Assembly (NCBI RefSeq): GCF_006345805.1
Contig: NC_043001.1
Location: 107,880,001 to 107,944,000 of the forward strand
Origin: Octopus sinensis
Taxonomy: Eukaryota
Length of the DNA stretch: 64,000 nt
Direction of reading: 5' to 3'
Shown here piece after piece: positions 1 to 15,243 of this stretch (positions within the stretch are counted from its first letter, which is position 1; the number at the start of each line of letters is the position of its first letter). Both the position numbers and the translations under genes were made by a program. Under the pieces are notes generated by a model. It saw only the letters and a program-made list of their open reading frames with translations, did no database searches and was not told where the DNA came from.

Positions 1-299
1 AGAGAGCAAACAGACGGACGGACGGATAGATGGACGGACGGACGGACGGTCGGAGTGATGGATTGATGAATGAAGGGATAAAACCGATTATATAATAAAG
101 GATATCTTTTAATGACTAAAATTTACTTACGGAGTTTATTGTGTGTCATTATTAAGTGTTAAGCGCAAGTATATAACGAATAGAAATTATGTGTCAAACC
201 TATCAAAGACAGACAGACAGACAGACAGACAGATCAAAAGGGATCGTGTATCACAGAAAGAAATTTTTAAAAAGTAAGAAACAAGCTTATGTTTATCCG

Positions 300-758
300 T
301 GGAAAGAAAGGCCTACGGAAAAAACCACGGTAACCTCAAGTAGGGAGGAAATAAACACATGAGAGCAAAGTGCTCTCTCTTTCTTTCTCTCTCTCTCTTT
401 ACGATTTATAAGATCATGTTCAAAGTGGTTTCGTCACTCGCACGCACCATCTTTGCTACATTCACCCACCTTTTTTTAAACTTTCACGAGATAAAACCGC
501 CTCTCCATTCTCACCTTCCTTTTCACGTGGTACTTGAAAAAGTTGATGAGCGATTGGCCAGAAAGGTAACTGTTTGTCTCTAATCATTTCGCACGGGTCC
601 ACCACACACATTCTTTTACCATGGCCATCAGTACGATGAAGACTGCCTTGCCTTCCCGGTTGAGTGAAGGTGGCGGAGCAAATATCACGATAGACTCGGC
701 CGACAGGCGGACTCGTCTCACACGTGACAGCAGCCGTTCGTCATAAGTCGAACAGCTG
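300..758 (-). mobile_element. Tx1/L1-clade LINE 3' remnant
   Basis: Minus strand reads LLSRVRRVRLSAESIV...VKECVWWTR then, past a stop, SLINFFKYHVKRKVRMER. This resembles the post-RT C-terminus of Tx1-type ORF2, and a related segment recurs at 21790-22790. Confidence 0.6.
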
Positions 759-876
<118 letters not shown>

Positions 877-1792
877 GGGACGGACAGACAGAGACAGACA
901 TACTTAAAGGAGAATCGGGATTAATCGTGATTTCCAGAAAGAGAAATCGACCGGCTAATTCGTACATTACAAGTGCAATCTGTGAGTAGAACAATAAAAA
1001 ATATGCAAGACTTTTCTCAAGTTCCAAATGTGAATTTGTGTGAGTTAACTACATCCCAAAGATGGAGCCTTTTATATTTGTTGAAAACCGGCTCCCTCCT
1101 CAGTGAAAGATTTATTATAATTAAAAAATAGAAGAGACATACATACAACAAAAGTGTCTGAAGCATGTATGTGTATGTGTATGTGTGTGTGTGTTTTTGT
1201 ATATGTGCATGTATATTGCTGTATAACTATGTGCGAATGGTTGTATCAAAGAATAAATACAAGTATTTCGTTATGCTTAGTTTTTACACAAATGCGTGAT
1301 TTTTAACGTACCAGTGGAACTTTACTGAGCTGTCATTTAAAACAAACACGTTATCGACCGACTGTTCATCGAAGCAATGTTAGGTTATTCCTACAACTAG
1401 AATGGATTATCCAACAAGATGGATTTTGACAGCAAACCGAAGAGGAAGATCACATAACACACTGGAATGCATCTGATTTAGATAATTCTGTATAAGAATG
1501 TATATATATATGGTAATCTGAACTGATTTTCTTAGATGATGTAAGTACATAGGAAACATTATTTTTTCTAATGATATTCGCTCTTAGGTAATAAATACAC
1601 ATACATGTTGCGTGTTCAGGAAAGTTAACTACAGCACAGGTTGCTACGGGAGGTTTACGCAGTACATGCAGATAAACCAGAAGTTGTTGACGTGGAATGT
1701 TATGACGCAAGATTGATTTTTATAGAAGTTGATGAAACAATTGTAAAATAATAAATGTTATTAACTAATTCCATTCTTTGCTATTATTTTAT

Positions 1793-1827
<35 letters not shown>

Positions 1828-1829
<2 letters not shown>

Positions 1830-2085
1830 TGTGCGGCTTAGTGGTTAGAGTATTCGGCATACGATCGTATGGTTCTGAGTTTGATTCACCACGGCGCGTT
1901 GGGCTCTTGAGAGAGAGAGAGAGCGTCATTTCACTTTCCTCGAGTCCACTCAGCTCCTCACAAAATTGACTTGTACCTATAAAGGCCAACCATGTCACAC
2001 TGAATCTCCCGAAGAGTTACGTTAATGGTACACAGGTCTATGAAGTGCTCAGCCATTTCCACCTTAATTTCCCTAGTTAATGTGT
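1828..2085 (+). mobile_element. Degenerate tRNA-derived SINE
   Basis: A-box-like ggcttagtggttag and degenerate B-box. The tail gtcacactgaatctccc...ttacgttaatggtacac matches 24360-24412. Confidence 0.45.
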
Positions 2086-2930
2086 TAAGTTTTAGTTTAA
2101 TAGAACCTAAATTTGTTGACCATCGAAACTTTGAATTTGTGTAGAAGGTACGCGTTTGGATTCTAAGTTCAGTCCTGAATAACACAGACCTAATCCTCAA
2201 AGAGGAAATGTAATTTTGACGGTGCACTTTAACAGACATTTTGTACATTTATTTTCATAATAAGGTGAGAAGGTGGGGATATGGGAAGGTGAGTAAGTGG
2301 GGAGGTTCGAATTTCAAGCAGCTTCGTTTGTACATGATATATTGGCTTTGTTTTTAATTGTATTAGAAGCTATTACGGGATGTTCCTGGTGCGAAAGACC
2401 TGCAGTGTTTTGTTTGTTTTCTTCATACCTCATCATATCAAATTAACTGTCTAAATAGAGATCTGTAACTTGGGTTAAATTTATATGATGAAGAATAGTC
2501 GACAAACACGTCGAAGGAATGGAAGAATGAATACAAAACACAGAAGACAGAATACCGAATAAATCTGACAATATCCCTTTAAAAGATATTACTGTAGCTG
2601 TTAGAAAACTTCATCAGCCACACAATAGAGTTGTCGTCTGCATGTTACATTACTACACGAGGTATGGCGGACAAGTATCGATAGCTGTAGTTAGTCAATA
2701 AAGGCTTTATTGTAAAAAGGAACATTATCACAATTTATTAGAATTATTCTTTAATCTTTCTCAGTCATTAAGTTGTAGCCATGCTGGAGCACACCTATTA
2801 TGAATATTTTACAAATCAACACTTGTAGCTATTTAAAACATACTACGTATTCTGTTCTAGTATATGCATATATATATATATATATAATATATATATATAT
2901 GCATGTAGTATGTATGCATGCGTTTATGTT

Positions 2931-2962
<32 letters not shown>

Positions 2963-2981
2963 CATACATATATACATACAC

Positions 2982-3004
<23 letters not shown>

Positions 3005-3019
<15 letters not shown>

Positions 3020-3290
3020 GAAGGAAGGAAAGAGAGAGATCAAGCAAGAGATGGTGATATCCAAAAGGGAGAAACGACAAACACTTGTCAAAGTCTGGAT
3101 TTTGTTGCCCTAGTAACCACAGATTTTGAGATAGGGGTTTCTAACATAATTCAGTGGCTTCCTCGCATCGTTTTACATGTCCCTGTAAATTTTGGAGCCA
3201 ATCGGACCACATCTACCGGCCCTTAAACCGTCCCCATCCCAAAATGAGACAAACAAATTTTTCGCATTTCAGCTTTATAGATATTGATTA
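3005..3290 (+). repeat. Dispersed repeat copy 1 (unclassified, possibly non-autonomous Helitron-like)
   Basis: Similar to 4085-4365; both share cctagtaaccacag...cccatcccaaaatgagacaaacaaat..ttcgcatttcagctt. Confidence 0.75.
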
Positions 3291-3480
3291 TATATATATA
3301 TATATATATATATATACAAAATGAGAAAATGGAGAAATATATCTAAATCAATCATCAACTATCAGATAATACCCAATCAATAATTTATTAAACCATTACA
3401 CAATAGCAATGATATTATACATTAATATAGTACAAATATAACAAGACATAGAAATAGAAATAGAAATACATTTACATTGT

Positions 3481-3592
3481 AGCTGACAGCTGTTTCGGCC
3501 GTGAAGACAGGTATGTCCCATTTAACCTATTAGCCATATAAAGCAGGTATAAATGAGACATTAACAAGAATATCTCACGGCCTCTTCAGAGA
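3481..3592 (-). ncRNA. Hammerhead-like motif with enlarged stem II loop (Penelope-type terminal fragment)
   Basis: Minus strand: CTGAAGA-GGCCGTGA...TCACGGCC-GAAAC-AGCT-GTC. Palindromic stem III (ACAGCTGT); stem I is weak. Confidence 0.55.
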
Positions 3593-4084
3593 ATTTAATG
3601 ATATATTTCTTTATTTTCTCATTTTGTATTATTAATTTACGGTAAAAATAATTTTACCTTTGCCCACATAATACAGTAGATGAATTAATTGCATCGCAAT
3701 TTTTAACATTTATGTATTAGCTTTGTTGGGTACTTCACTAGCAGTATATTGGATATATGTTATCCCATGGAGGGTTGAATTTACAACCCCTATCTCATTT
3801 TATAATTATATATATATATACATATATATATGTATACATATTATATATATATTTATATACACACATATATATAAATTCACACAATATATCTGATTAATAA
3901 TATCTGTTATGATTGTGCGGTGGTGGGCGGTAATAATTCACCGTTCTAAAAGACCTGTGACGGGAATATTTAAACTTTTGCGGCTGTCAACGCTTTCTCT
4001 CTATAGATACAGAGATACGTACTGCGAGAGAGGTGGTAGGAGAAAGAGTGACAGAGAGACGAAGCTGTCAAACGTCGATATAGA

Positions 4085-4365
4085 GAGAAAGTTGAGGGAA
4101 GCAAGGAAAGAGAGAGATCGAGGAAGACAGGGTGATATCCGAAAGCAAAAAACGACAAACACTTCTCAAAGTCAGGGGTTTTGATGCCTAGTAACCACAG
4201 CTTTTAAGATAGCGATTTCTAACCTAGTCAACTCACTTCCTCGCCTCTTTTTACATGACCCTGTCAATTTTGGCGCCAATCCGACACCGTCTACTGGCCC
4301 TTAATCCGTTCCCATCCCAAAATGAGACAAACAAATATTCGCATTTCAGCTTATAAATATTGAGA
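4085..4365 (+). repeat. Dispersed repeat copy 2
   Basis: Similar to 3005-3290. Confidence 0.75.
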
Positions 4366-4669
4366 TATATAATATATATATATATATATATTATATATGT
4401 ATGTATGTATATATGTATATGTTATAGTATATATATATAATATATATAGATATAATATATATGTATGTATATATGTATATATACATATATATATATACAA
4501 AGATATATATATATATATATAATATATACATATCTACACACATATATATAATTTATATAATAATATATATGGGATATATATACATAATAGAGTATATATA
4601 ATATATACTACATATAAACATATATATACACACACAAACACATATATAATATATATATATATAATATAT

Positions 4670-4717
<48 letters not shown>

Positions 4718-4734
4718 TAGCAATAACGTATATA

Positions 4735-4960
4735 GTTATGGTGTCTTTGTGTCTATGCTTTTCCCCCGTCATCGCTTAACGGCCGACGTTGATGTGTTTA
4801 CGTAACCGTAACTTAGCTGTTCGACAAACGATTCCGATGGAATAAGTACTAGGCTTACAAAAAGTAAGTCCTGGGGTCTGTTTTTTCCACTAATAATCCC
4901 TTTGAAGCGGTGCTCCAGCATGGCCACAATCAAATTACTGAAGCTAATAAAAAATAAAAT
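4735..4960 (+). mobile_element. SINE family B, 3' half
   Basis: Matches the family B tail gtaacttagc...gcggtgctccagcatggcc. Confidence 0.8.
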
Positions 4961-5543
4961 AACATAGAGAGCGAGAGTGCGAGGGAGAGAGAGATATATA
5001 GCCTTTTGTTTTGTTTTCTACTTACGTAAACACTTGTAGCTCCCTCGGCATTATTCTCTCTGTCTTTATTCCTTACCCATTTCTCTTTCCTGCCTTTTCA
5101 CCCTCTGTCTTGCTGTTGTCTTGGTCTCTCAATTTTCCCCGTCTTTCTGTCTCGTTTGCATCAAACTTTAATTTATAATGCTATTTTGATTTACGTTTAC
5201 TTTCGTTCTGTCCTGACGAGTTAGATTCGCCGTTGCATATCATTTAATTATGTATGTTAATTAATTACACAATTATGCAAATGATGACTTTTTCTCCCGC
5301 TGCGCAATCGTCGAAAACAAATTAAGAAGCATATGAAAAATGTACGCTTCCTTGCCGTTTATTATTCCATATATGTTAGTTTGCGTGTGAGAAATTTATG
5401 TGTGTGTGTGTGGGGGGGGGGTTAGTGTGTGTGTGTGTGTGTGCTTGTATGTGTATATATGTGTGTGCGTGAGTAAAGGTAGGAGACAAAGATCAAGGTG
5501 TAGGAACTAAGTAAGCTTCGAGCAATCCATTCCTTGGATATCG

Positions 5544-5575
<32 letters not shown>

Positions 5576-5586
5576 TATATAGACGA

Positions 5587-5618
<32 letters not shown>

Positions 5619-5949
5619 CATATATATATATATATATATAATAATATATATATATATATATTTAATATATATATACGATTGGCTGGCTTTCCAGTTTCCG
5701 TCTACCAAATCCACTCACAAGGCTTTGGTCGGCGGGGGGGGTTATAGTAAAAACTTGCCCAAGGTGCCACATAGTAGAACTGAACCTGGAATCATGTGAT
5801 TAGGAAGCAATCTTCTTACCACACACCCAGACATGCGTATATATAGGAGTAGAATTCACAAAAAAAAGACGAAGACAGGTGGGGTAGACAACAAACAGAT
5901 GTATTAATTTAACGCTCAGGAGGTGAAAAAGTCTTTAACGTTTCGAGCG

Positions 5950-6018
<69 letters not shown>

Positions 6019-6057
6019 TGATTTTCTTCTCCGTCTTCCTTTCTATTGGACTTTCCT

Positions 6058-6095
6058 CTATTTCTGATGAAGGGCATTGCTCGAAACTTTAAACC
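6058..6095 (+). ncRNA. Degenerate minimal hammerhead motif
   Basis: CTGATGA-AGGGC-ATT-GCTC-GAAAC-TTT; the cleavage triplet is mutated. Confidence 0.45.
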
Positions 6096-6624
6096 ATCTG
6101 TCTTTCCTTCCCTGAACCTCTGCTAATACTCTACACGTTGTTGTTTTTTTGTGTTTGTTCTCCTTTTTGGGGATTTACTATATATATATATTATATTATA
6201 TTATACCATATTATATTATATTATACCATATTATATTATATTATATTACATTATATTATATCATATGGCGTATGCATAAATTAAAAACAAATTGCGTACA
6301 AAATTCACGATGGCTGTTTTGGAAAAGTTTTATTTAATGCAGTCATAAAAGATCGCATCATAATATATAATCCGCCATTCCATTTTCATATAACATTTTA
6401 AACAGGTAAGATCTTAAACATTCACCTGGACATAGCCAACGTTCATTGGACGAGTCTACCAAAACAGCTGTCTTAAATTTCAGACGCCATTTGGGTTTAC
6501 TTCTTACATCTGTGTCGTATATACCAAATCAAATTGAAATCTATGGCTTAAATTAGATTTGGTACTCGCATATCTACGGTATCCTACCATCACTTGATGT
6601 ATTCAACGTTGTTTATTTCAAAGA

Positions 6625-6657
6625 GAACTATACAGACAGACAGATAAAGAAATAAAC

Positions 6658-6736
<79 letters not shown>

Positions 6737-6791
6737 CAGACAGAGTTAGATAGATGGAAAGACAGACAGACAGATAGAAATAAATATATAT

Positions 6792-6836
<45 letters not shown>

Positions 6837-6909
6837 CAGACAGGGTTAGATAGATGGAAAGACAGACAGACAGACAGACAGACAGATTGAGATAAATATA
6901 TAGGTAGAT

Positions 6910-6983
<74 letters not shown>

Positions 6984-6985
6984 CT
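6625..6985. repeat. (GATA)n/(GACA)n compound microsatellite with internal duplication
   Basis: Tandem tetranucleotides; gttagatagatggaaagacag occurs twice. Confidence 0.95.
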
Positions 6986-7208
6986 GCACTCTTGGCAGTA
7001 TTTTTTTAGTTCATTATATTAATCTACTCTGTTTGTAGTGAGTGATTTTCAAGATCTACTACGCTAATATTTTAGCTATTTTTAACTAGATTGTCCTCTG
7101 GCAAATGTCTGTGATCATTATTATAGCAATGTTTGATGTTGCACTCTACAATCAAACTACAGTTATTATTTCCTCATTTTGTCTTCTAACTAACTTATTT
7201 TCAATTTT

Positions 7209-7368
7209 GGCTGTGTGGTAAGTAGCTTGCTAACCAACCACATGGTTCCGGATTCAGTCCCACTGCGTTGCATCTTGGGCAAGTGTCTTCTGCTATAGCC
7301 CCGGGCCGACCAATGCCTTGTGAGTGGATTTGGTAGACGGAAACTGAAAGAAGCCTGTCGTATATATG

Positions 7369-7407
<39 letters not shown>

Positions 7408-7620
7408 ATGTGTGTGTGTTTGTGTGTCTGTGGTTGTCTCCCCACCATCGCTTGACAACCGATGCTGGTGTGTTTACGTCCCCGTCACTTAGCGGTTCGG
7501 CAAAAGAGACCGATAGAATAAGTACTGGGCTTACAAAGAATAAGTCCCGGGGTCGATTTGCTCGACTAAAGGCGGTGCTCCAGCATGGCCGCAGTCAAAT
7601 GACTGAAACAAGTAAAAGAG
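7209..7620 (+). mobile_element. SINE family B, full length (tRNA head, CORE-like segment, internal TA/TG microsatellite)
   Basis: ggctgtgtggtaag head, ggattcagtccc B-box-like, cttgggcaagtgtct CORE-like segment. More than 15 related copies in the window. May be one of the described octopus OR/OK SINE families (not verified). Confidence 0.9.
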
Positions 7621-8862
7621 AGAAAGAGAAAGAGAGACTAGATATTATTATTGGTGGAGTTGTTACACTGATGTCTACTAATTCTTCTCTTTTTATAATT
7701 TTCCAGTAAATAACAAGATTAAACATGTAACGCGTTTTTGCATGTATCACTCTTAAATATCATTTCTAAATGATTTTAGCCAGTTAATTTCAAGTATTTT
7801 AAAATGCGTATTACACCTCATCATAAATTTCTTTTACTTAAACAGCACTAAATTATAATTCTCTCAATATTTTCTTCTTCATGAAGGCTTTACTCGAATT
7901 ATATCCTCATATATTTTCCACAATCCAACACAGAATCTTTAATTGATCGCACTATCTTACATATAGCTTTTATATAATCTCTCTCCTTGCCATGAATCAC
8001 AGCAAACTCAAAACATTCGTATCCAAATCACAACTTATTCTTACACATTCTATTAACATTTAACTTTGTTTCATTGCTAACTTCACGTATTAATGAGAGT
8101 CGATAATATCATTTGACGATGCAATCATTACCATTTCCGTTATTTCTTAAATTTACAGTCTTCTACTTACGATTTCTTCCTTGTTTTTGTCTTTGGTTGT
8201 GAAAAGTCTTCAAGCACAGCATTTGTGTAACTTGTATTTATGAGCTTCATTTTGAATGCAGGTCACCTGTTCGATTGTAATCGTTTAAATTTTTCCCCTA
8301 TCTAGTTTGTTAATCTTGCATTCTTTTATTCGTTACTCTCTATACTAAGGCCGTTACTTGGTACGTAAATAATAATGACTGTCGAACTTACTTTACTGGT
8401 CGCTTAATAACAAAAAGTAAGACTCAACTGCGCTTAAAGGGAGGTAACCTAAACTGATCGAAATTTTGGCGCAAAGCCAGCAATTTTAGGGGAGGGTTTA
8501 AGTTGATTATATCGACCCCTATGCACGACTGGTACTTTTATTATCGATTTCGAAAGGATGAAATTCGAAGTTGATCTCGACGGAATTTTAACTAAAAACG
8601 TAAAGAAGGATAAAATACCCTAAGCATTTTAGCATTTTGCCCAGCGTGCTAAATGATTAAAACTGGCTGTTTTTGTTCAATAAACTGGTTTTTTTTTGTC
8701 GTGCACCGATATTTACATTTACCATTTGTGTGCAAGAGTGCCTGCACACACATATATTGTAACATTAATAAATAAAGAACCTTATAGTGTACAGCTATTA
8801 AAGTAATGGTGCAACAGCTAACGTTTAACTTTCAAATACAAAAAGACAATATTAATACCGAA

Positions 8863-9440
8863 GAAGGTGGCGAGCTGGCAGAAACATTAGCACGCCGGGC
8901 GAAATGCTTAGCGGTATTTCGTCTACCGCTACGTTCTGAGTTCAAATTCCGCCGAGGTCGACTTTGCCTTTCATCCTTTCGGGGGTCGATAGATTAAGTA
9001 CCAGTTACGCACTGGGGTCATGTAATCGATTTAATCCGTTTGTCTGTCCTTGCTTGTCCTCTCTGCGTTTAGCCCCTTGTGGGTAGTAATGAAATAGGTA
9101 TTTCATCTGTCTTTACGTTCTGAGTTCACATTCCGCCGACGTCGACTTTGCCTTTCATCCTTTCGGGGTCGATTAAATAAGTACCAGTTACGCACTGGGG
9201 TCGATATAATCGACTTAATTCGGTTGTCTCTCCTTGTTTGTCCTCTCTGTGTTTAGCCCCTAGTGGGTAGAAATAGGTATTTCTTCTCCCTTTATGTTCT
9301 GAGCTCAGATTCCACCGAGGTCGACTTTGCCTTTCATCCTTTCGGGGCCGATAAAGTTAAGTACCAGTTGCGTACTAGAGTCGATCTAATCGACTCGCTC
9401 CCTCCCCAAAAATTCCGAGCCTTATCCCTAGAATAGAAAA
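8863..9440 (+). mobile_element. SINE family A, one head plus three body units
   Basis: ggcgagctggcagaaac head, then three copies of ttctgagttcaaattccgccgaggtcgactttgcctttcatcc, ending in the cctagaatagaaaaagaat tail. Confidence 0.9.
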
Positions 9441-10009
9441 GAATATTCATGCTGAAAAACCGATTTACGGAAATCTAACTTAAAGTACAAAAAGGAACTT
9501 GGGACCTTGCCGAAAATCCTGGGGTTAACGAAATTTATGGAACAAGATGAATGATCATCGCGTAGCTCTTTCATCTGTGATGTTTGAATAGAAAATGAGA
9601 CGAATAGAAGAAAATATTCTCTTTTCATTCGTTTAAGGCTTTAGTGTGGTTCCACTATGTAAACGTATCAAATATGCCGTGCATAAACAATAAGCATTGT
9701 GACAACAGCTTCCGCGATTCTTACTAGATTAGCGCAGATAAATTCCAACATTCATCTTTATGCGTGAAAGTAATTTATGATTAATAATATCATTAACAAA
9801 AATAAAATGATAATTGGAATCGTTTATAATAGGGAGTGCAATTGGAAAATATCCAGATGGAATAAATTATTTAATGAAGAAACAACTCAAGAGACAGATA
9901 TGCAGGCGTAGCTGCGTGGAAAGAAGTTTGCATCCCAAAATAAAAGGTTTATCATTCAGTCACACTATTTAACATCAAGGGCAAGTGTCTTCTGCAACAG
10001 TCTCGGACC

Positions 10010-10200
10010 GATCAAATGAGAAAATACGAGAACGGAGCGGAATGAGCGATGTAATCGTAGAATGACACGACGTAATGTTCAAAGACAAGCGTAGAACCCG
10101 TGCAGTTGCCGAGTTGTATTCAAGAAATTGGAAAAGGCTACTTGGAAGGCCTCTACGCTGATGAGAGGGCGATCTAGTTGGGCAATTTTGATTAAAATGG
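10010..10200 (+). mobile_element. RTE-like LINE 3' remnant
   Basis: Translation NEKIRERSGMSDVI...WKRLLGRPLR resembles the RTE C-terminal N..IR.R.G..D...KRP.GRP..RW pattern. Contains stops. Confidence 0.5.
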
Positions 10201-10615
10201 TAAAGAATGGCACAATCACAACAGAACTGAAAGTGCATTGTGACTAGCGATGCATAACCTCATCTGATGATCTGGTGAACACTGTGATACTGAGATATTA
10301 TATCTATTGTAAACCCACCGAAATCAGCATAGCCTTTCGTCCTGTCGGAATCAAGTGGAGAACTGGAATCGATAAAATTGACAGGCCCATCCCCACAAAT
10401 GTTCAAGCCTTGTTCCTATAACAGAAAGAATTATGCATATCATGAACTATAACTGCGTTGGTGATACATTTCCAACGAGAAGACCGCTAGTTAAATGGAT
10501 TTCCATTGGTAAAAGTGATAAGGGGATGTCTGTGAAACTCGGGCGTAATTAATACAACAGCGTACCTGCATTTTCCCGAAGACACATGTTTAGGAATTTT
10601 TTTTTCTTTTCTGTT

Positions 10616-10647
<32 letters not shown>

Positions 10648-11732
10648 ATTATTAATTTTTTCTTAAGTGTATATCTTTGTTCCAAGTATACCGGTGTAAG
10701 ACATATACGATCTACGTCTTCGTGTATCCTTCATCCGTTTCTGCGATATTCTTCAGTTTTCCAATCAATTGTACTACCTATTCGTTGGATTAACGTGCAA
10801 GAAAGTGCGCATGTCCTATACGCAATTACACTTAGAATATTAATCGTCCTACAGTGTGTAACAAAGCAGAACCATTTAAATACATGCACAATCCGCGCAC
10901 AACCACAGTCCGTATCTACTAAGATTTCAGTCAACCCGAAGCTATAGTAATAGACAGACGTCTCAAGTGCTAAACGGAATTGAACGTAAACCTCAGGTTT
11001 CCAAAAGGCACTTCTATAACTCTAAGCCATGCCGGCATCCAGAAAAATGCACAAATTAGAAACATTCCCGTTCACACGCATACAAACATACACTCGCACG
11101 CGCACACACACACATACACACACACACACACACACACAACACACATACACACCACCCCACACGGCAAACGTACACACGCACGCACGCAAGCACACAAATA
11201 CTGCGTGACACAGACACACAAACATACACACACACACACATACACTACACGACACTTATCTGTAAGCTTTTATAGGGATGTGCACATGCGCAGAAAGATA
11301 TATATTCACACTTCCTCAAATATAATGAATCACATTATTTTCATATTGCCCTTCTTTGTTGTTTTAATCCTATTTTCATGCATATTTGAAGTGATGCACA
11401 CAATAGATTCACAAGCATACACGCAACCAAAGCTAAATACACACACACGCACACACACACACACACACACACAGAAACATATATATATATGGCACGGCCG
11501 TACAGTTCTCTGCAAACAGCGTATTTGATTCCCATAAGCAAATGTTTTTCTATGGATTAAATATATTAAATATATATATTCAATAAGCATATTGTATGTC
11601 ATAGCATATCTCCATACGTAGTTTGATTCTTCAATGCACAGCCGCTGCCATAAGCAATTGTGATTTGTTTGGTATCAACATTTCTGATCGGGTCTTGTGC
11701 CTTGATTAGAAAAGTATATTTGTTCAGGCTCT

Positions 11733-12100
11733 AAGGTGGCGAGATGGCAGAAACGTTAGCACGCTGGGCGAAATGCGTAGCCGTATTTCGTCTGCCGCTA
11801 CGTTCTGAGTTCAAATTCCGCCGAGGTCGACTTTGCCTTACACACTCGGGTCGACATTAATCGACTTAATCCGTTTGTCTGTCCTTGTTTGTCCTCTCTG
11901 TATTTAGCCCCTTGTGAGTAGTAAAGAAATAGGTATTTCGTCTGCCGCTACGTCCTGAGTTCAAATTCTGCCGAGGTCGACTTTGCCTTTCATCCTTTCG
12001 GGAGTCGATAAATTAAGTTGCAGCTGCGTACTTGGGTCGATTTAATCGACTGGCTCCCTCCCCCAAAATTTCGGGTTTGTGCCTAGAGTAGAACAGAATA
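11733..12100 (+). mobile_element. SINE family A, two body units
   Basis: Head plus two bodies plus gcctagagtagaacagaat tail. Confidence 0.9.
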
Positions 12101-12644
12101 ATTTCTAATTATGTTGCTGGTTAAATGTGAGCATACACACACGTGAGTTTAGTGCACACATGATCACAAAGCGAGTTAGCTATCAACTTGGTGTTAATAA
12201 GAATGGGGAGATTAAAAGTAAACTTAATTCATCCTTACCTTAAAGTAAATTGAGTTAAGTTAGCGGTTACTCAAAATGCATTCTCATTCATGGTGCAAAA
12301 TTACATTTATATGCGAGTAAGCAACTCGACAGTCGTTCAGAAATCTATTAATTATTTTCTTGTTAGTCTACAGAATAGACAGAGATTCCATGAAGTAAAG
12401 ACGGCATTTCCTGGAAATTATATTGTATGGTTTCGCATACCTTAGTATGGACCAATTAATGCTGTATTTCGTTTTATCCACCTTCAGTCGCCAAATCCAT
12501 TCTCAAGACTTTGGTCGGCCCGAAGCTAAAATAGAAGACACTTGCCCAGGGTTCTTCGTAAAGGGGACTGGCCAGGGACTACGTGGTTGGGAAGCAAACT
12601 TCGCACCACACAGCCACGCTTCTTCTTTATATTACATCAATTTG

Positions 12645-12698
<54 letters not shown>

Positions 12699-12859
12699 AC
12701 GCACCCGCGCGCATCTGTTTGCGTTTTTTCTCGACGTAATTTGTCTCCTTAACACATTCTGAAAACCGGTGTTGGTTTTTTACGTCTCTTTTACGATAAA
12801 AAGATACAAGATATCTTCGTCTTTTGGTAGCCGTCGTAGCTCTTATGTATTCTTATATT

Positions 12860-13143
12860 CTTTTCTTTTGTTCCAGTCATTTTGACTGCTGCCATACTGG
12901 AGCACCACCTTTAGTCGAACTAATCGACCGCAGGACTTATTCTTTGTAAGCCTAGTACTTATTCTATTGGTCACTTAGGCCGAACCGCTAAGTTACGAGG
13001 ACGTAAACACACCAGCATCGGTTGTCAAGCGATGGCGGGGTGGGGTGGGGGCAAATACAGACACAAAAACATGAACACACACAAACACACACACACACAA
13101 CACTCACACACACATACACACACACACACACATATATGTATTA

Positions 13144-13210
<67 letters not shown>

Positions 13211-13355
13211 CGACGAGCTTCTTTCAGTTTCCGTCTATCAAATCCACTCACAAGACTTTTGTCAGGCCGTGGCTATAGTAGAAGATAATTGCCCAAGGTA
13301 CCACGCAAGGGGACTGAACCCAGAACCATGTGTTTGGTAAGCAAGCTACCTACCT
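12860..13355 (-). mobile_element. SINE family B with expanded internal (CA)/(TA) tract
   Basis: Reverse complement of the 7209-7620 structure. Confidence 0.88.
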
Positions 13356-13979
13356 ACCACGCAATCAATTTATATAAATTTTATCAGTCTTTCTCTGGCG
13401 TTATTTGCTGAAATATTTGACCAAAGAATGATTTCCTCGTTTTCTTCTTTTAATGGCTATTATTTTGCTTTCTAAATATATATCGACCACATTACAATCT
13501 CCTTTCTAATTCTTGTGATTCTGATATTTACACACACGTGGTTTTCGTAATTGTTTTTTTGTTTGTGTTGTGTCTCAGCTACGATTCTTTTGCTTTCGCA
13601 ATTTGCAGAACGGCAGTAATTTCTCTTAAAATTTCTGTACCTACTTGTTTCAGTCAATTGACTGCAGCTATGCCGGAGCACCGCCTTCAAGAACTTTACA
13701 CAAACCAATCTACCCTAGTACTTATTCCTTTAAAAAAAACCGTATAGGTAATCATTATTGCAGATATGTTCTTTTTACTCTTTTACTTGTTATAGTCATT
13801 TGACTGCAGTCATGCTGGAGCATCACCTGTAGTCGAACAAATCGACCCCAGGACTTATCCTTTGTAAGCCTAATACTTATTCTATCGGCCACTTTTGTCG
13901 AACTACTAATGTTACGGAGATGTAAACACACCGACATCTGTTGTCAAGTAACACAGACAGATAGACAGACAGACACACA

Positions 13980-14049
<70 letters not shown>

Positions 14050-15078
14050 TACACACAGAGTAATCAAGCATTGCGAGCGATACACATACCTCACGTGAGG
14101 GCAGCGCAAACGACAATGAGAGTTACCAAGAACAAACTAACGTATTTGGCATTGCACAAAATACATCAGCGCCATCTATTGCTGAACTAAATAATGAACT
14201 TTCTCTTCGTTCGTTTTATTGCTGTTATTTCTTTAATTTTGAATTAAGGCCGCTTTCATTTTAGCAAATTTTATATAATACGGTCTATATCTGGCCGAAA
14301 GTATAGTTATAATCTTGCGCATGTGCATAACTCAAACTCCTGACGTGCTAGAACAATTCTGAGTGCGGGTTCGGAATCAGCATCCTGGATTTAGTCTAAA
14401 ACACCTGCTTTTACCCCAACAGCAAAATCTTTGCTGTCCAGTGTTATAGTAGAAGACACCTGCCGAAGGTGCCACGCAGTGGTACTGAACACGAAGCCTT
14501 ATGATCGAGAAGCAGGCTTCACACCACACAGCCACTCCTGCTCCTAAGAATACTTATTTCTCAAACTTAAACAACGTCCATTTCCACGTTTGTTTTTCTG
14601 TCTCCTGGTATTTTCTTGTCTGGTTTCTTCGTATTGCTCTGTAATTTACAGGTTGTATTATTTTATCGTTTATCAGTAACGTTTTAGTTCTTTGTTCATG
14701 ATGTCAGTTCTCTGAAAGCAAGTATCGGTACAGTGTCCACCAACTAAATTACACCTCAATCTACTAAACACACATATTCTTCACTATTGCATTCTACAGA
14801 GAACGAAAACCCTTCTTACTTCTCTCGAACTTCAAAAGATTATAATTACCTTCGGTTGTTATCAGAAAATGGAATATATATAAGGAAACAAAAAGTCGAA
14901 ATCAAACCTATCATTTCTGTTAGGGTTTTCCAAAATCGCTTATACAGTAAAAGCTACAGCAAGATCTTTAGCAAGATATATAACCCTGACCATTATAACT
15001 TCGTAGTATATAATCGTCTGATCTTAATACATAATAGTAGGTTTTTAATATAAAATATACTTCTGTACATGCATATAT

Positions 15079-15152
<74 letters not shown>

Positions 15153-15197
15153 CATATACATATATATATGTGTATGTATATGAAACAAGTAAGATAT

Positions 15198-15243
<46 letters not shown>

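Noticed and set aside
12374-12424. 51-nt plus-strand exon candidate NRQRFHEVKTAFPGNYI
   Set aside because: Weak donor and no supporting homology; kept only as a note.
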